Part shown: positions 26,273-39,931 of the stretch, piece by piece
Layout of the letters: every line of letters starts with the position of its first letter
Position numbering within the stretch: the first letter of the stretch is position 1
NCBI GenBank assembly: GCA_951406725.2
Contig: OX597814.1
Location: forward strand, 196,044,001 to 196,108,000
Direction of reading: 5' to 3'
From: Octopus vulgaris
Lineage: Eukaryota
Length of the DNA stretch: 64,000 bases
The notes under the pieces: generated by a model
Seen by the model: the letters and a program-made list of their open reading frames with translations, nothing else
The model's database searches: none
Told to the model about the DNA's origin: nothing
Position numbers and translations under genes: made by a program

Positions 26273-26306
<34 letters not shown>

Positions 26307-26309
26307 ATA

Positions 26310-26385
<76 letters not shown>

Positions 26386-27311
26386 TTGTGCACTGGTCCA
26401 TCGCTGTACTCAATCGAGTGAAAGATAAACAACATTCGATTTACACAGGAAACATATGTCAGCAACTAGCTACTATAAGTTTCAGATTCAGGCTGAACAG
26501 TAATTCGTCAGGCTTGTTCATCATCACTACTCCATAGAAAACTGTCAAGTTACTATACTACCTGTGCATGAAACCTATAGTAGCTCATATAAATTCTCTG
26601 ATTTTAAAACACCCATTTTTTTAAAAATAAAAATAACGAGTTTTATAAAGCAGCAAAAATTTACACTACATATTTGTTAACTGAATACCGAGTTAATTTC
26701 ACTTCACAGATGTTCTTTCCGTCACTTTATATTTTGTATTTATTTTCTGTTCATTTTTAGAATTTCATCTGCGTATGATGCGTAGATGAATTGTTTTATG
26801 GACAGTTTTATGCGTGGGATTTTCCTTTGCTTTAATCTTTCTCCTGTTAATCAATACAATAGATTTTTTCGATAAGCTAAGATAGTGCCCGTGGCACGTT
26901 TTATTGTAGTGTTTTCATATGAGAAAGGAAGAAAGATTTCCTTGGATGTGAAATGTAACTGAAATAGTTGATATGGAAGGTCCTCCTATAAAGGTCCTGA
27001 AGGGCAAAGTATTGCTTAACTGGGGCCTGCATTAACTCTAACAAGCCACGAACAAGGGCGTTTTCTTCACTGGGTTTCCACGCGGTTTTCGTCAACCAAA
27101 TTTTCTTGACATGGTTTTGATCGACCTGGAGATTTACAAAGTATAATTGCCAACATGGAACACAACCAGATGTAACTTATCAATAACTACTTAAACATGA
27201 ACATGTGAACCGCACATCGACACTGAGCTAGTTTCTTAAAATTGCTAAATCTTAAATAAAAAACACAAAACACAAACCTACATAATTTCTGTTCACACGC
27301 ACACACACACA

Positions 27312-27351
<40 letters not shown>

Positions 27352-27413
27352 AGGTAAGTCTAAGGGAAACGATTATTTCTAGCATACATAGATTTATAAT
27401 ACACGCATACACA

Positions 27414-27478
<65 letters not shown>

Positions 27479-27525
27479 ATGTATGTATATATCTATATCT
27501 ATCTATCTATATATATATATGTCTA

Positions 27526-27647
<122 letters not shown>

Positions 27648-27821
27648 CATACACACACACACCGACATACATATGTATATATTAGCGTACATTAACATTT
27701 AAATTTCTTAATTACAATTTCACACAGTTCGTCTGTGCTGATGAAAAAATTGCTTCCATTTGATTGATTATGGAAATATTAACACAGTTTTTACAGTAAG
27801 AATTAGTTTAAAAGATATACA

Positions 27822-27940
<119 letters not shown>

Positions 27941-28153
27941 ATATCTATCTGTCTGTCTAGCAATTTGTCTGTCTACATATCCGTCTGTCTGTCTATCGCC
28001 TTTTATTTGTATCTCATGCTCCATCTGCTTCTTCTTCACTTTACCCCACCTCCCAACACTCTTTGTTTATATATTGATATAAATGTTTGTGTGAATGTGT
28101 GTCTCCATTCAGAGATCGCTGCACATATTTGTGTACTTATTTTTACACGTATG

Positions 28154-28207
<54 letters not shown>

Positions 28208-28569
28208 TACACATAGACACATATATATACACACATGTGTGTGTGTTCTAATGGAGGAAACATATGGCTCATGTCTTGAATTGTAAAAGAAACTGAAAAT
28301 TAATGAAATACAATTAATGAGGAAACAGTATAAAAAATAATAAAAATATCCTGCAGAAAATCTAAAGTAAAAAGAATGAAAAAAACGTAAAATCAGTATA
28401 AAACACCATCTCATTTATAGAAAACTAATGTTTGAATCTCACTTTCCTTCAGGAGAAGAAAATATTGGAAGAAATTCGTAGCAGACCTACTTAAATTGCC
28501 TACAACATAAACATTTATATTTACTCGAAGATAATCTAGAGCAATGAAAATATATACAAATATAGAAGA

Positions 28570-29300
28570 ATAACATGTCTGCTGTCTAGGTGTGTGTGTA
28601 TGTATGTATGTATGTATGTATGTATGTATGTATGTATGTATGTATGTATGTATGTATGTATGCATGTATGTATGTGTGTGTGTATGTATGTATGCATGTA
28701 TGTATATATGTATTTATGTATGTATGTATATGTATGTATGTATGTATGTATTTATGTATGTATGTATGTATGTATGTATGTGTGTGTGTGTGTTTATGTA
28801 TGTATGTATGTATGTATGCATGCATGTATACATGTATGTATGTATGCATGGATTGATGTATGTATGTATGTATGTATGCATGTATGTATGCATGCATGTA
28901 TGTATGCATGCATGTATGTATGTATGCATGTATGCATGAATGTATGTATGTATGTATGTATTTATGTATGTATGTATGTATGTATGCATGCATGCATGCA
29001 TGAATGTATGTATGCATGCATGTATGTATGTTTGTATGTATGTATGTATGGATGGATGGATGTATGTATGTATGTATGCATGCATGCATGCATGTATGTA
29101 TGTATTTATGTATGTATGTATGCATGCATGTATGTATGTATGTATGTATGTATGTATTTATGGATGTATGCATGCATGTATGTATGTATGTATATGTATG
29201 TACGTATGGATGTACGTATGTATGTACGTATGTACGTATGTATGTATATGTATGTATGTATGGATTGATGGATGTATGTATGTATGTATGTATGTACGCG
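28570..29300. repeat. Long degenerate (TATG)n tract
   Basis: Directly visible; source of the spurious MYVC/HTYI ORFs. Confidence 0.97.
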
Positions 29301-29432
29301 CGCATATATGTATAGGATGCCACACTTAGCTGGCAAGTACATGTTATGGTTCCGTACTGCTACTGTTTCTATCTCGTTCAGAGATTTAATTTAACATTCT
29401 CTCTCATCTACGAGACCAGCGACAGCGAGTCG

Positions 29433-29502
<70 letters not shown>

Positions 29503-29752
29503 GTAGTAATTTGCGAGTGGATTGAGCTTCCATCACTAGGTGGTGATTAACACACGCTGAACCACCTAGAAACTCAAGTCCGTATGTATCACGTAAGGCT
29601 AGAGATGGGACCAATAATCTCCTCTCCCAAATACTAATTGGACACAGAATGTGTTTCGTTAGCCAGCAGGAGGAGATGTCTTCCTGGGGCTATGAACATC
29701 AGTAGCACTCTACCGTACAGGATGTCACACTTAGTTGGCAAATAGATGCTAC

Positions 29753-29792
<40 letters not shown>

Positions 29793-29799
29793 AACCTAG

Positions 29800-31133
29800 A
29801 AGTATATAAGAAAAAAACTTTATAGTTTCTTTAAAAGATATGGTTTAAGTATTACTATATATAATGAGAATTTTAATTTTAATTATTTAGATGTTAATTT
29901 TAATCTTATTGCGGGTAAAACACAACCATATCATAAACTTAATGAGAACCTTAAATATATAAATGTTAATAGTAATCACCCACCATCAATTAAAAAATCG
30001 TTGATTAATAATATAAGTAAACGTATATCATTACTTTCTTATGATTTAGAGATTTTTAATAAACATGCTCCTTATTACAATGAGGCCCTTAGAGAGGCAG
30101 GTTATAATAGTAATATTACATTTTTTATTAAAAATAAAGATAAAACTATTAATAATAGAGATAAAAATATTAATAATAATTATAATAATTTTGTTAGTAA
30201 TATTGGTAATAATCTTAGTAATTATAAAAATAAAAATAATATAAATAAAAATAAGAATAAAAATAAAATTAAAAATAATATCGTTAATAATTCTTTAAAT
30301 GTTAATTATAATTTTAAATTTAAATCTAATAATAATAATAATATGATAAACAAATATGATAATAATAATGGTAATTATAATAATGATAGTTTTAATAATA
30401 ATAATAAGAAAAATAAGAATAAAATTTGGTTAATATGGTGCTCAAGTTAAAACGAACATTATTAAAGAGATTTTAGATATTATTGAACTATTTATTCGAG
30501 ATAATCGTAAATATAAAAACATTTTCTCTAGTAATAATTTTGGAGTAGGTTATTCTACCACTAATAGTGTAGGTAACATTATTTCTTCTTTTAACAAATT
30601 TAAACTGAATAATTTTTATAAAAATAAATTATATAATAATACCAATAATAAAAAAGATAAGACACTCATTAACTGTACATGTAGAGATAAAACTAAATGC
30701 AAATTAAATAATAAATGTGATATTTAACGATGTAGTGTATAAATGTATAGTTACATTACATTATGAGAATAATAATAATAATAATAATAATAACTCAAAC
30801 GCAATATATATAGGGTCCACTTCCTGTAAAATAAAATTAAGAATTGCACAGTATATGCATTCATTTAAAAATAAAAACTTAATTAACTCCACTGGACTTA
30901 GCAAGTACATTTGGGGACTTAAATCCCAAAATATTAATTATGATTTATCATGGGAAATAATTAGTAAGGCTAAATCATATAGTATAGGAGGGAATTTTTG
31001 TTATTTATGTTCAAATGAGTTTAAGGAAATTTTATTTTATAAGGATGATAATCTAGTGAATACTTGGGATGAGCGCAAAATAAAATGCAGACACAAGTTA
31101 CTTTACTTATATAATAAGTTCCTTGATAAATAA
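29800..31133 (+). mobile_element. 5'-truncated Penelope-like element: RT C-terminus, Asn-rich linker and GIY-YIG endonuclease (frameshifted)
   Basis: NYLDVNFNL..PYHKLNENLKYINVNSNHPPSIKKSLINNISKRISLLS..APYYNEALREAGY; NCTCRDKTKCKLNNKC; VVYKC..IYIGST..STGLSKYIWGLK..WEII..CYLCSNE..KCRHK; begins right after (TA)n. Confidence 0.93.
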
Positions 31134-31249
31134 TGAATATTTCTTAGCCTTAATTAGCTCCTTATTTGTTGATTTATGTAATAGTCTTCTAAATATAGTA
31201 GATGATTTATAGTACTTATTACATTAGTTTATTTTAGTTATTTAGGTTC

Positions 31250-31478
31250 TAAGACACTCGTCCTGGCGACATGAAAATTCGCTCGTGCCTGTGCCACGTT
31301 GAAAGCACCCAGTACACGCAGTAACGTGTTTGGCGTTAGGAAGGACCTCCAGCGGTAAGAACCAAGCCAAATCACATTGGAAGCTGATGCAGCTCTCAGA
31401 CCTGTCAGCTCTGGTGAAACCGTGGAGCCCATGCTAGCATGGAAAGCGGACGGTAAAGGAGGATGATAATGATGATGA
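31250..31478 (+). mobile_element. 3' end of an RTE-tailed SINE/LINE, decayed
   Basis: TTGGCGTTAGGAAGG..CCATGCTAGCATGGAAAGCGGACGGTAAA followed by a (GAT)n tail. Confidence 0.55.
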
Positions 31479-31567
31479 CAAAATATGTATGTATATATAT
31501 ATATATATATATATATACACTTTTAGTCTCTCTTTTACTTGTTTCAGTCATTTATCTGTGGCCGTGC

Positions 31568-31625
<58 letters not shown>

Positions 31626-31663
31626 TGAATATATATATGTGTATATATATTATATATGTATAA

Positions 31664-31723
<60 letters not shown>

Positions 31724-31732
31724 AGAGAGAGA

Positions 31733-31790
31733 GAGGTCGTCGTCGACTTACGATACATCCGACTTATGACCAATCGACTTTACGACGATT
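31733..31790 (+). mobile_element. Possible Tigger/pogo-like terminal repeat remnant
   Basis: AGGTCGTCGTCGACTTACGAT..CGACTTATGACC..CGACTTTACGAC, iterated CGACTTACGA motif; no partner TIR seen. Confidence 0.35.
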
Positions 31791-32115
31791 GGAGCAATTA
31801 TAAATAGTCCAGTTGAAATCTAATGGGTTTAATTTCTTAGAAATTAACCCATCTGTGGATGATGTCAGCTAACAAACGCCTCCCATAGGTTTGGTTATCG
31901 ATCGCCATTGTATTGGATGACTATCCTGTTGCGAAGACATCGAGGCAACCTCGTATTTGTTTATAAAACGACGACCCTGAGACTCCGAAATTTATGACTG
32001 ACGCTAGTATAATAATATAATACAGAATTCTGTGTTTGTGACTTTTACCCGAGAATGAACCCTAAAAATGTAGAAATATAAAACAAAGCTATGTAGGCCT
32101 ATAGGCATATACTAA

Positions 32116-32163
<48 letters not shown>

Positions 32164-32561
32164 TGTTTCTAATATTGGCACTGTACCTGGGGTTTGGGGG
32201 ACGGGGCTAGCCACGTACATCGGCTCCAGTGCTTCACTTGTACTTTATTTTGTCAGATCCGATAGAATAAATGGGTGAATACACGACGGGATTTGAACTG
32301 AAAATTTAAAAAGCCGGAAGGAATGCTGCTACGAGGTTTACCTGACCAGTTACAGGTTCTGCCAGGTTCGCACCTTAATAATAATCCTTTCTAATTTGAG
32401 ACCAAGTTTCGAAGTTTCGTGGGCGTGGGCTGGTCCGTTACATTGCACAGAGCCACCCAAATCGTTCTCCTTCACACGTACCCAGACGCACACACACACA
32501 CACATACATACATACATATATATATATACATACATACATACATACATAAATGGATACATTA

Positions 32562-32620
<59 letters not shown>

Positions 32621-32712
32621 ATCCAAATATGAACAAAGAGAAAACACAACAACCCGAGGGCGTGGAACAAGTATAGTGTTATTGGACGCTCAGGAAAGGA
32701 AAGAAAGGAGGA

Positions 32713-32745
32713 TTTAATGTTTCGACCGGAGCTCTTCGTCAGGAA
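32713..32745 (-). ncRNA. Minimal hammerhead (CUGACGA), slightly decayed; family F element ~32617-32815 inside (TA)n
   Basis: Minus strand: TTC CTGACGA A GAGC tcc GGTC GAAA CA TT AAA. Confidence 0.6.
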
Positions 32746-32812
32746 CACAGAAAAAGGAAAGGCCCGAGGAAGGGAAGACGGGGAAAGAAAATCACCAACG
32801 ATACACACGCGG

Positions 32813-32848
<36 letters not shown>

Positions 32849-32974
32849 GTGAAGTAAACATCAGATACTTTGTCCCACGTAGAAACTGCTGGAAATATTG
32901 AGAGGTTTTGCAAACACTTCTAAATGTATTACAATGTTGGAAACCCTTCGGTATCGTCAGCATGTTTCTCAGGG

Positions 32975-33024
<50 letters not shown>

Positions 33025-34234
33025 ACACACGCACACACCGCACACGTATATATGTCATTGTTCACTTGTATTTCAAGGTTTCTCACCTATATAGAAAGAG
33101 CCAGTTTCTTACTTAGATCCAAGGCCCCTTCATTGGAATTTTAATATCAGACAATAGGGTATGTAGGTATGTATGTATGTGTGTATGAATGTGTGTATGA
33201 ATGTGTGTATGTATGTATGTGTGTATGTATGTATGTATGTATGTATGTATGTATGTATGTATGTATGTATGTGTGTATGTATGTATATGTGTATGTATGT
33301 ATGTATGTACGTATGTCTGTGTATGTATGTGTGTGTGTATGTATGTGTGTGTGTATGTATGTGTGTATCTATGTATGCATGTATGTATGTATCTATGTAT
33401 GTATACTTGCCATTTTTTTTGTTTTATGTATGTCTTCTCATGCATATAGTTGCATATCTAGACATGCTCATATATACTTAACTGATACACTTTCTGTATG
33501 CATGTATGTATGTATGTATGTATGTATGTATGTATGTATGTATGTATGTTTGCATGATTATATTACTTGAAGTCTGAACAGACATTTTACACGTGGCTAA
33601 TGAATTATCTAGAAGTGAGAAAATACTAAATTTAAAATAGAATAAATTTTAATTTCTACGCAGATGGAAAGCAATACACGCTATGGCGTGAACGTGCAGG
33701 CACACATTGAACCGACGGTTTTACTATCAACATGCCTTTGTTTTACAGTTCTATTTTAAATTAATGTTTATACATGATATGAAGTCGTCAGACGGTTACA
33801 CTTGCACGAATAACTGTAAAGATGAAAGAAAAAAAACGCACAAGAAGTATAATTTATTGCAATGAATGCAATAATTTGGTAAAAAAAAATAAAACAAAAT
33901 GAATCAACACCAAGAACACAAATATATTCTGTCTAATGGTACAAGAGAAAGGTGGATGTGATTCTATGATTACTAGTAATGATTCGTTTTAGCGGTCTTT
34001 ATTGTAATTCTCTAATGTGGTGCTACGTCGATGATGTTCTCAAATTGTTAAGTTTCTGTAAAAGCATCATTATAGCTCGTACGAAAACGAAACAATAGAC
34101 TGAACACAGGCGCGTATGTAGTTGTGTAAATAAATATGTACAGATATGAACAGGTGTTCGTTTATATGAACCAACATATTCGCAAGGATTTATGAATGCG
34201 TCTCTTGTGATATTGACACGTGACTATATATATA

Positions 34235-34268
<34 letters not shown>

Positions 34269-35295
34269 TTACGGCTTTCTATATAGGTATATGGACGTTT
34301 GGAAACTGGTTCTTATATATTTAATTCCACATTATATATAATATTCTCCCTCTCTTCCTCTGTATCTGTCCATCCGTCTGTCTGTCTGTCTGTCTCTGTC
34401 ATTCGCTCTATTTGTCATTTACTTTGACACTGTCTGCGACTAAGTCTATATCTCCCTCTCGCTCTCTGTATATGCATATATGTATGCATGTGCGTGTGTG
34501 TATGTATGCGCGTATGCATGTATATGCATATGTATGTATGTATCTCTGTATGTATGTATGTATGTAGGTATGTATGTAAATTAAGTATGTATATGTGTAT
34601 GCCGTTTAAATATGCACATATACTCATTCATACATACATATATATATATATTTCCGTACATGTCTATGAATTTGAATATGTGTGCAAATACATACATGCA
34701 TACAGAAAGACAGACAGACAGATATACACACACATGCATTTGTGTGTACATACGTTTATCAATACATATGTTTATATATATATATATATATATATATATT
34801 ACACACACATTTACATATATATATGCGTGTGTATGTGTGTATATATATATGTATGTATATATATGTATATATCATATATATATATATATATATTATAGAT
34901 ATATATATATACAGATATAAATATACTTATATATATATGTATGTATGTATATACATACATATATATAAGCGCATATTTGCTAGACAATACTTGGCGCGGA
35001 AGAATAATTTGTAGAGTAATCCCATTAGCAAAAGCAATAACGTTTCCATTAAAAGACATTTGACATATTTTTTGCAAAGAATCGTGTAACCCGGAGGAGA
35101 ACACTCATCAAATCTTTAAAAGTTTTTACAATCTAGTTATTGTTGATTAACCATAATATCAAAGTAATGGCAATATGAAGAAAAATGCGTTCTTTATTTA
35201 ACAGCCGTAACAATAGACGACGTCGCAAACAGAGGCAGGTTGTTCTCGTTAGGAAATACACATACACTCACGTCTGCGCACATATTTACATTGGC

Positions 35296-35403
<108 letters not shown>

Positions 35404-35460
35404 TTAATGGATTTGGGTAGCTTGTATTTGTATATGTATGTATATACATATATACACATG

Positions 35461-35507
<47 letters not shown>

Positions 35508-35949
35508 CACCCTTATACATATATATATATATATATATACATAGGCGTGCCTATGTGCATGTATGTATTTAGATAATGGATATATGTATTTATATGATGT
35601 ATAGACTAATGTTTAAGCACATTGTCACCAATTATTGTGTATGGACACACACACACACATACACACACACTACTTTATCATTATATATGTATGTGTGCTT
35701 GTGTGTGTATATATGTGCGTGTGCATATGTTTATGCATACATACTGCAACACATATTTTGTGTGTACGCACATGTGTGATATATGTGGAAATGTCAACGT
35801 GTGAATTACACACGATTGTCTACTTTCGTTGTTGATTGTATCAAAATATAGGTATATATATCTTTATGACTATCCATTTGTAAACACACATACATACATA
35901 GTTTCATATATCTATCTATATATACATACATATAGATAGATATATGTTA

Positions 35950-36240
35950 CAAACTACTTGATTTCGGCATTGTGGGAAAACTTGACGAGTTGCTATACGA
36001 CTTTCTAAAATATAGATATCAGGCAGTGTTGTCCAATGGGGCCACGTCAAAGGAAACACAAATAGTAAGTAATATTCCACAGGGCACTGTCTTCGAGTCA
36101 GTGCTATTTATAGAGGCCTTCTCAAACCTGCCCTCAGCTTCTCGGATAGCCACCCTCGCTATCAATACAGATGGCACAAAATCTCTCAGACACTACAAAG
36201 TCCTGGAAATACTGCGCATCTGCAACGGGAATTGGACACA

Positions 36241-36333
<93 letters not shown>

Positions 36334-36524
36334 CTGAGGTCAACAACATGCAGTTTAATGCAGGACAATTGCAAACCCTGCACAACCAAGCTGAACGACA
36401 TGCAGACAGGATATAGTGGCTCGGGGGGAATTGCAATCCTTGAATCAAAATCAATGCGTGACCTGGGCATTGACAGGAGCAATGATGCATCTTTCAAGGT
36501 GCATATTACTAATTTGGTAATAAA

Positions 36525-36528
<4 letters not shown>
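35950..36528 (+). mobile_element. Decayed CR1/L2-like LINE RT fragment interrupted by a microsatellite
   Basis: GIVGKLDELLYDFLKYRYQAVLSNGATSKETQIVSNIPQGTVFESVLF..TDGTK; WAEVNNMQFN; MRDLGI..FKVHI. Confidence 0.85.
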
Positions 36529-36586
<58 letters not shown>

Positions 36587-36642
36587 CGGAGATGTACTCG
36601 CATAGCAAGTAATTTGATCTGAGATCGTGTGCTGAAACGAAA

Positions 36643-36940
36643 ACAATTGCAGCGTGGAAGGTGTTTATAAGCCATTTAAGAAACACACAAAAGCCGTTCG
36701 ATTCACTCCAACATTTAAGTTTAATTTGTCAAAATATTTTCGTCGCTAAAATCCGCGACCTGTTCACTGACAAAGTCCGTGCTGCATCACGAGAGATGCA
36801 GCACGGACTTTGTCAGTGAACAGGTCGCGGATTTTAGCGACGAAAATATTTTGACAAATTAAACTTAAATGTTGGAGTGAATCGAACGGCTTTTGTGTGT
36901 TTCTTAAATGGCTTATAAACACCTTCCACGCTGCAATTGT
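36643..36940. repeat. Perfect fold-back palindrome, 146-bp arms and 6-bp spacer, in a TA-flanked element
   Basis: 36643-36788 is the reverse complement of 36795-36940. Confidence 0.95.
36809..36858 (+). ncRNA. Type I hammerhead with G3-C8 core variant (mirror copy at 36725-36774 on minus)
   Basis: TTTGTCA GTGAACA G GTCGC ggatttta GCGAC GAAA ATAT TT TGACAAA. Confidence 0.75.
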
Positions 36941-37315
36941 ATATATATATATTCCTTCAGCCTTTAGAAGTCATAACATAGCAGTCTTGTGAAGAGAGAA
37001 CAGTAATGTGACAAATACCTTATGATATAGCATGAAATTATACCCACCTCATTGTGGATTAACCATAGATAAATTCATCGTCTGTGAGTATGAAATTCCT
37101 CCTCATATCTCTGGAAATTTACATCTACACTACGGATTAATTCACCTTCTCTGTGAAGCTAATAAGCTTTTTTAAAAACCTGTGATAAGACTGTGCATCA
37201 TCATTAAAGAACTTCGGAAGTCTGTTTACAACCTAAATCTGCTTTTAATGAAATTATCTCCAATACTTCATGAGTATAGCCTCACCCACTAAGATGTTTG
37301 GAGAACTCATATGTG

Positions 37316-37405
37316 TTTTAGCTGATGAGTACGGGACACTTTTATCTGCTGCAATATTTGCACTTTTAATAAAGCCTGTCTTTGTATGAAACAATTGTAC
37401 TAAAA
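37316..37405 (+). ncRNA. Type I hammerhead ribozyme, intact core, long stem II
   Basis: TTTTAG CTGATGA GTACGGGACA..TGTCTTTGTAT GAAA CAATTG TA CTAAAA. Confidence 0.88.
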
Positions 37406-37433
37406 ACTAATCCATTCTTGTTGCTTCTTTCTC

Positions 37434-37527
<94 letters not shown>

Positions 37528-37554
37528 GAGAAAGAAGCAACAAGAATGGATTAG

Positions 37555-37644
37555 TTTTAGTACAATTGTTTCATACAAAGACAGGCTTTATTAAAAGTGC
37601 AAATATTGCAGCAGATAAAAGTGTCCCGTACTCATCAGCTAAAA
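37555..37644 (-). ncRNA. Type I hammerhead ribozyme, mirror copy
   Basis: Reverse complement of 37316-37405. Confidence 0.85.
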
Positions 37645-38356
37645 CACATATGAGTTCTCCAAACATCTTAGTGGGTGAGCTATACTCATGAAGTATTGGA
37701 GATAATTTCATTAAAAGCAGATTTAGGTTGTAAACAGACTTCCGAAGTTCTTTAATGATGATGCACAGTCTTATCACAGGTTTTTAAAAAAAGCTTATTA
37801 GCTTCACAGAGAAGGTGAATTAATCCGTAGTGTAGATGTAAATTTCCAGAGATATGAGGAGGAATTTCATACTCACAGACGATGAATTTATCTATGGTTA
37901 ATCCACAATGAGGTGGGTATAATTTCATGCTATATCATAAGGTATTTGTCACATTACTGTTCTCTTCACAAGACTGCTATGTTATGACTTCTAAAGGCTG
38001 AAGGAATTTTTGTGGAGCAAAGAAAAAGAAAATAAAAGGAAAGAGAAGAAAAGAGACAAGGAAAAGGAAAAAAGAAAAAGAAAAAAGAAAAAAGAAAAAG
38101 GAAAAGAAAAAAGTAAAAAGGGGAGAAGAAAAGAAAAAAGAAAAAGAAAAAAAGAAAAAAGGGAAAGAAGGGAGAAAAGAAAAAACGCCCACATAGAGTA
38201 TACTATGACAACTGAGAGGGAAAAGGGGTCGCAGGTGACCAACTACACAGAAGAATTTGTAGACGGCCTGGCTGGCTTCGAAATTTGCAGGAATCTAAGA
38301 ACTATAAGGAGAATATTATTTTTGACCAATAAACAGCTATTTATTGCCAGTCTGGC

Positions 38357-38398
<42 letters not shown>

Positions 38399-38955
38399 TG
38401 CATGTATTTGTGTGTCTATGTTTGTCTCCCCTCATAACATCGCTTGACAACCGATGCTGGTTCGGCAAAAGAAACCTATACAATAAGTACAAGGCTTACA
38501 AAGAATAATTTCTGGGGTCAATTTGTTCGATTAAAGGCGGTGATCTATCATAGTTACAGTCGATTGACAGAAGCAAGTAAAAGAATAAAAAATGTATACA
38601 TGCAATGATCATATATATGTACATATATTCTCACACTTACATACGCAGGTGTCTATGGAAATACAGTCCGGCATGCACTCCAGAATATCAATTAATATGC
38701 TATTCAGTTTTTTCGCAAACATTGAGGGATGAATTTTATTCAAATATGTGATTGTGAAAATGCGTACACGCTTTTAGCAAGACTCCCGAAAGACAAAAGG
38801 CATCTGACATTCCCATGAATCGTACGACACAATTAATTTCGCTTCGATACATGCTGTCTTTTTAACGCAAGATGTCGTTGTGAAGTTTTTCTCTCAGACA
38901 AAAACCTCAGCAAAAAGTTAAGTTCATCACAATATATTTGAACAATACGGAAATT

Positions 38956-39803
38956 TTATTCATCAAAGTAAGTACCATTACAATCAGCAAATTTTTGCCA
39001 ATGAGTTATAAATTTGTTTATTCTGGCAATATAAAAAATTTGGAGTACTGGCGCTCACTTTCAGCATCGATTTGATTTTTTAACTCCTTCTCCCGCAGGA
39101 AACCATAAAGGCGCTTGAAAAGTGGTAGTCAGTAGGAGAAAGGTCTAGAGAATAAGCGGGGTGGGGAAGAACTTCGTAGCCAGGTTCCCTCAACTTGTGC
39201 AGCGTCATTAGTGAAACGTGTGGTCGAGCATAGTTATGAAGAATGATTGGCCCTCTTCTGTTGACCAATTTGGGATGGAGGAGTAGTAGTTTTTAGTTTA
39301 ATTTAGCAATATCACGGAAATATGTTTCTATTTCCGGGTTTTAAGAAGTTACAGTGGATTAGTCCGGCAGTACACCACCAAACAGTCTCCATAACCTTTT
39401 TGAAGAACTCGGCTTTATGGGCTTGAAAAGTGGTAGTCAGTAGGAGAAAGGTCTGGAGAATAAGCTGGCTGGGGAAGAACTTCGTAGCCAGGTTCCCTCA
39501 ACTTCTGCAGAGTCATTAGTGAAACGTGTGGTCAAGCATTGTCATGAAGAATGATTGGCCCTCTTCTGTTGACCAGTCTGAGACGGAGGAGTAGTAGATT
39601 TTCGTTTAATTTGGCAATATCACGGCAATATGTCTCTATTTCCGGGTTCTAAGAAGTTATAGTGGATGAATCTAGCAGTACACCACCAAACAGTCTCCAT
39701 AACCTTTTTGAAGAACTCGTGTTTAGGGGCTTGAAAAGTGGTAGTCTAAAGAATAAGGTCTAAAGAATAAGTTGGGTGGGGAAGAACTTCGTAGCCAGGT
39801 TCG
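38956..39803 (-). mobile_element. Decayed mariner fragment with a 308-bp internal tandem repeat
   Basis: NRRGPIILHNYARPHVS..GYEVLPHPAYSLDLSPTDYHF; WQKFADCNGTYFDE*; repeat starts at 39113, 39421 and 39729. Confidence 0.9.
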
Positions 39804-39931
39804 GATTTGTACGGACGAAATGTCGCTAAGCATTCTGCCAGCCTATTCTGCATACTAATATTACAGTTTCAGCATTCACCTGTTTTAATGAAAGCAAACT
39901 GTGGCCAAAAGTTTAAAACAATGCAATTATA

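Larger units (their letters stand above)
36951..38007. repeat. ~480-bp-arm inverted repeat centred on (TA)n
   Basis: 36951-37434 vs 37527-38007; the differences seen are 1-2-bp indels. Confidence 0.93.

Noticed and set aside
27733-27786. CTGTG-CTGATGA..GAAATATTAACACAG
   Set aside because: Stem I and core are present, but stem II does not close next to the core and the cleavage-site register is off by one. Possibly a decayed HHR; not counted.
29636-29706. Minus-strand hammerhead-like arrangement CTGATG..GAAACACATTCTGTGTC
   Set aside because: Core lacks A9, stem I does not abut the cleavage site, and homologues at 49.2-49.4 kb lack GAAA; probably coincidental.
38010-38190. Lys/Arg/Glu-rich ORF 38010-38396
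   Set aside because: Purine-rich low-complexity tract, not a credible protein.
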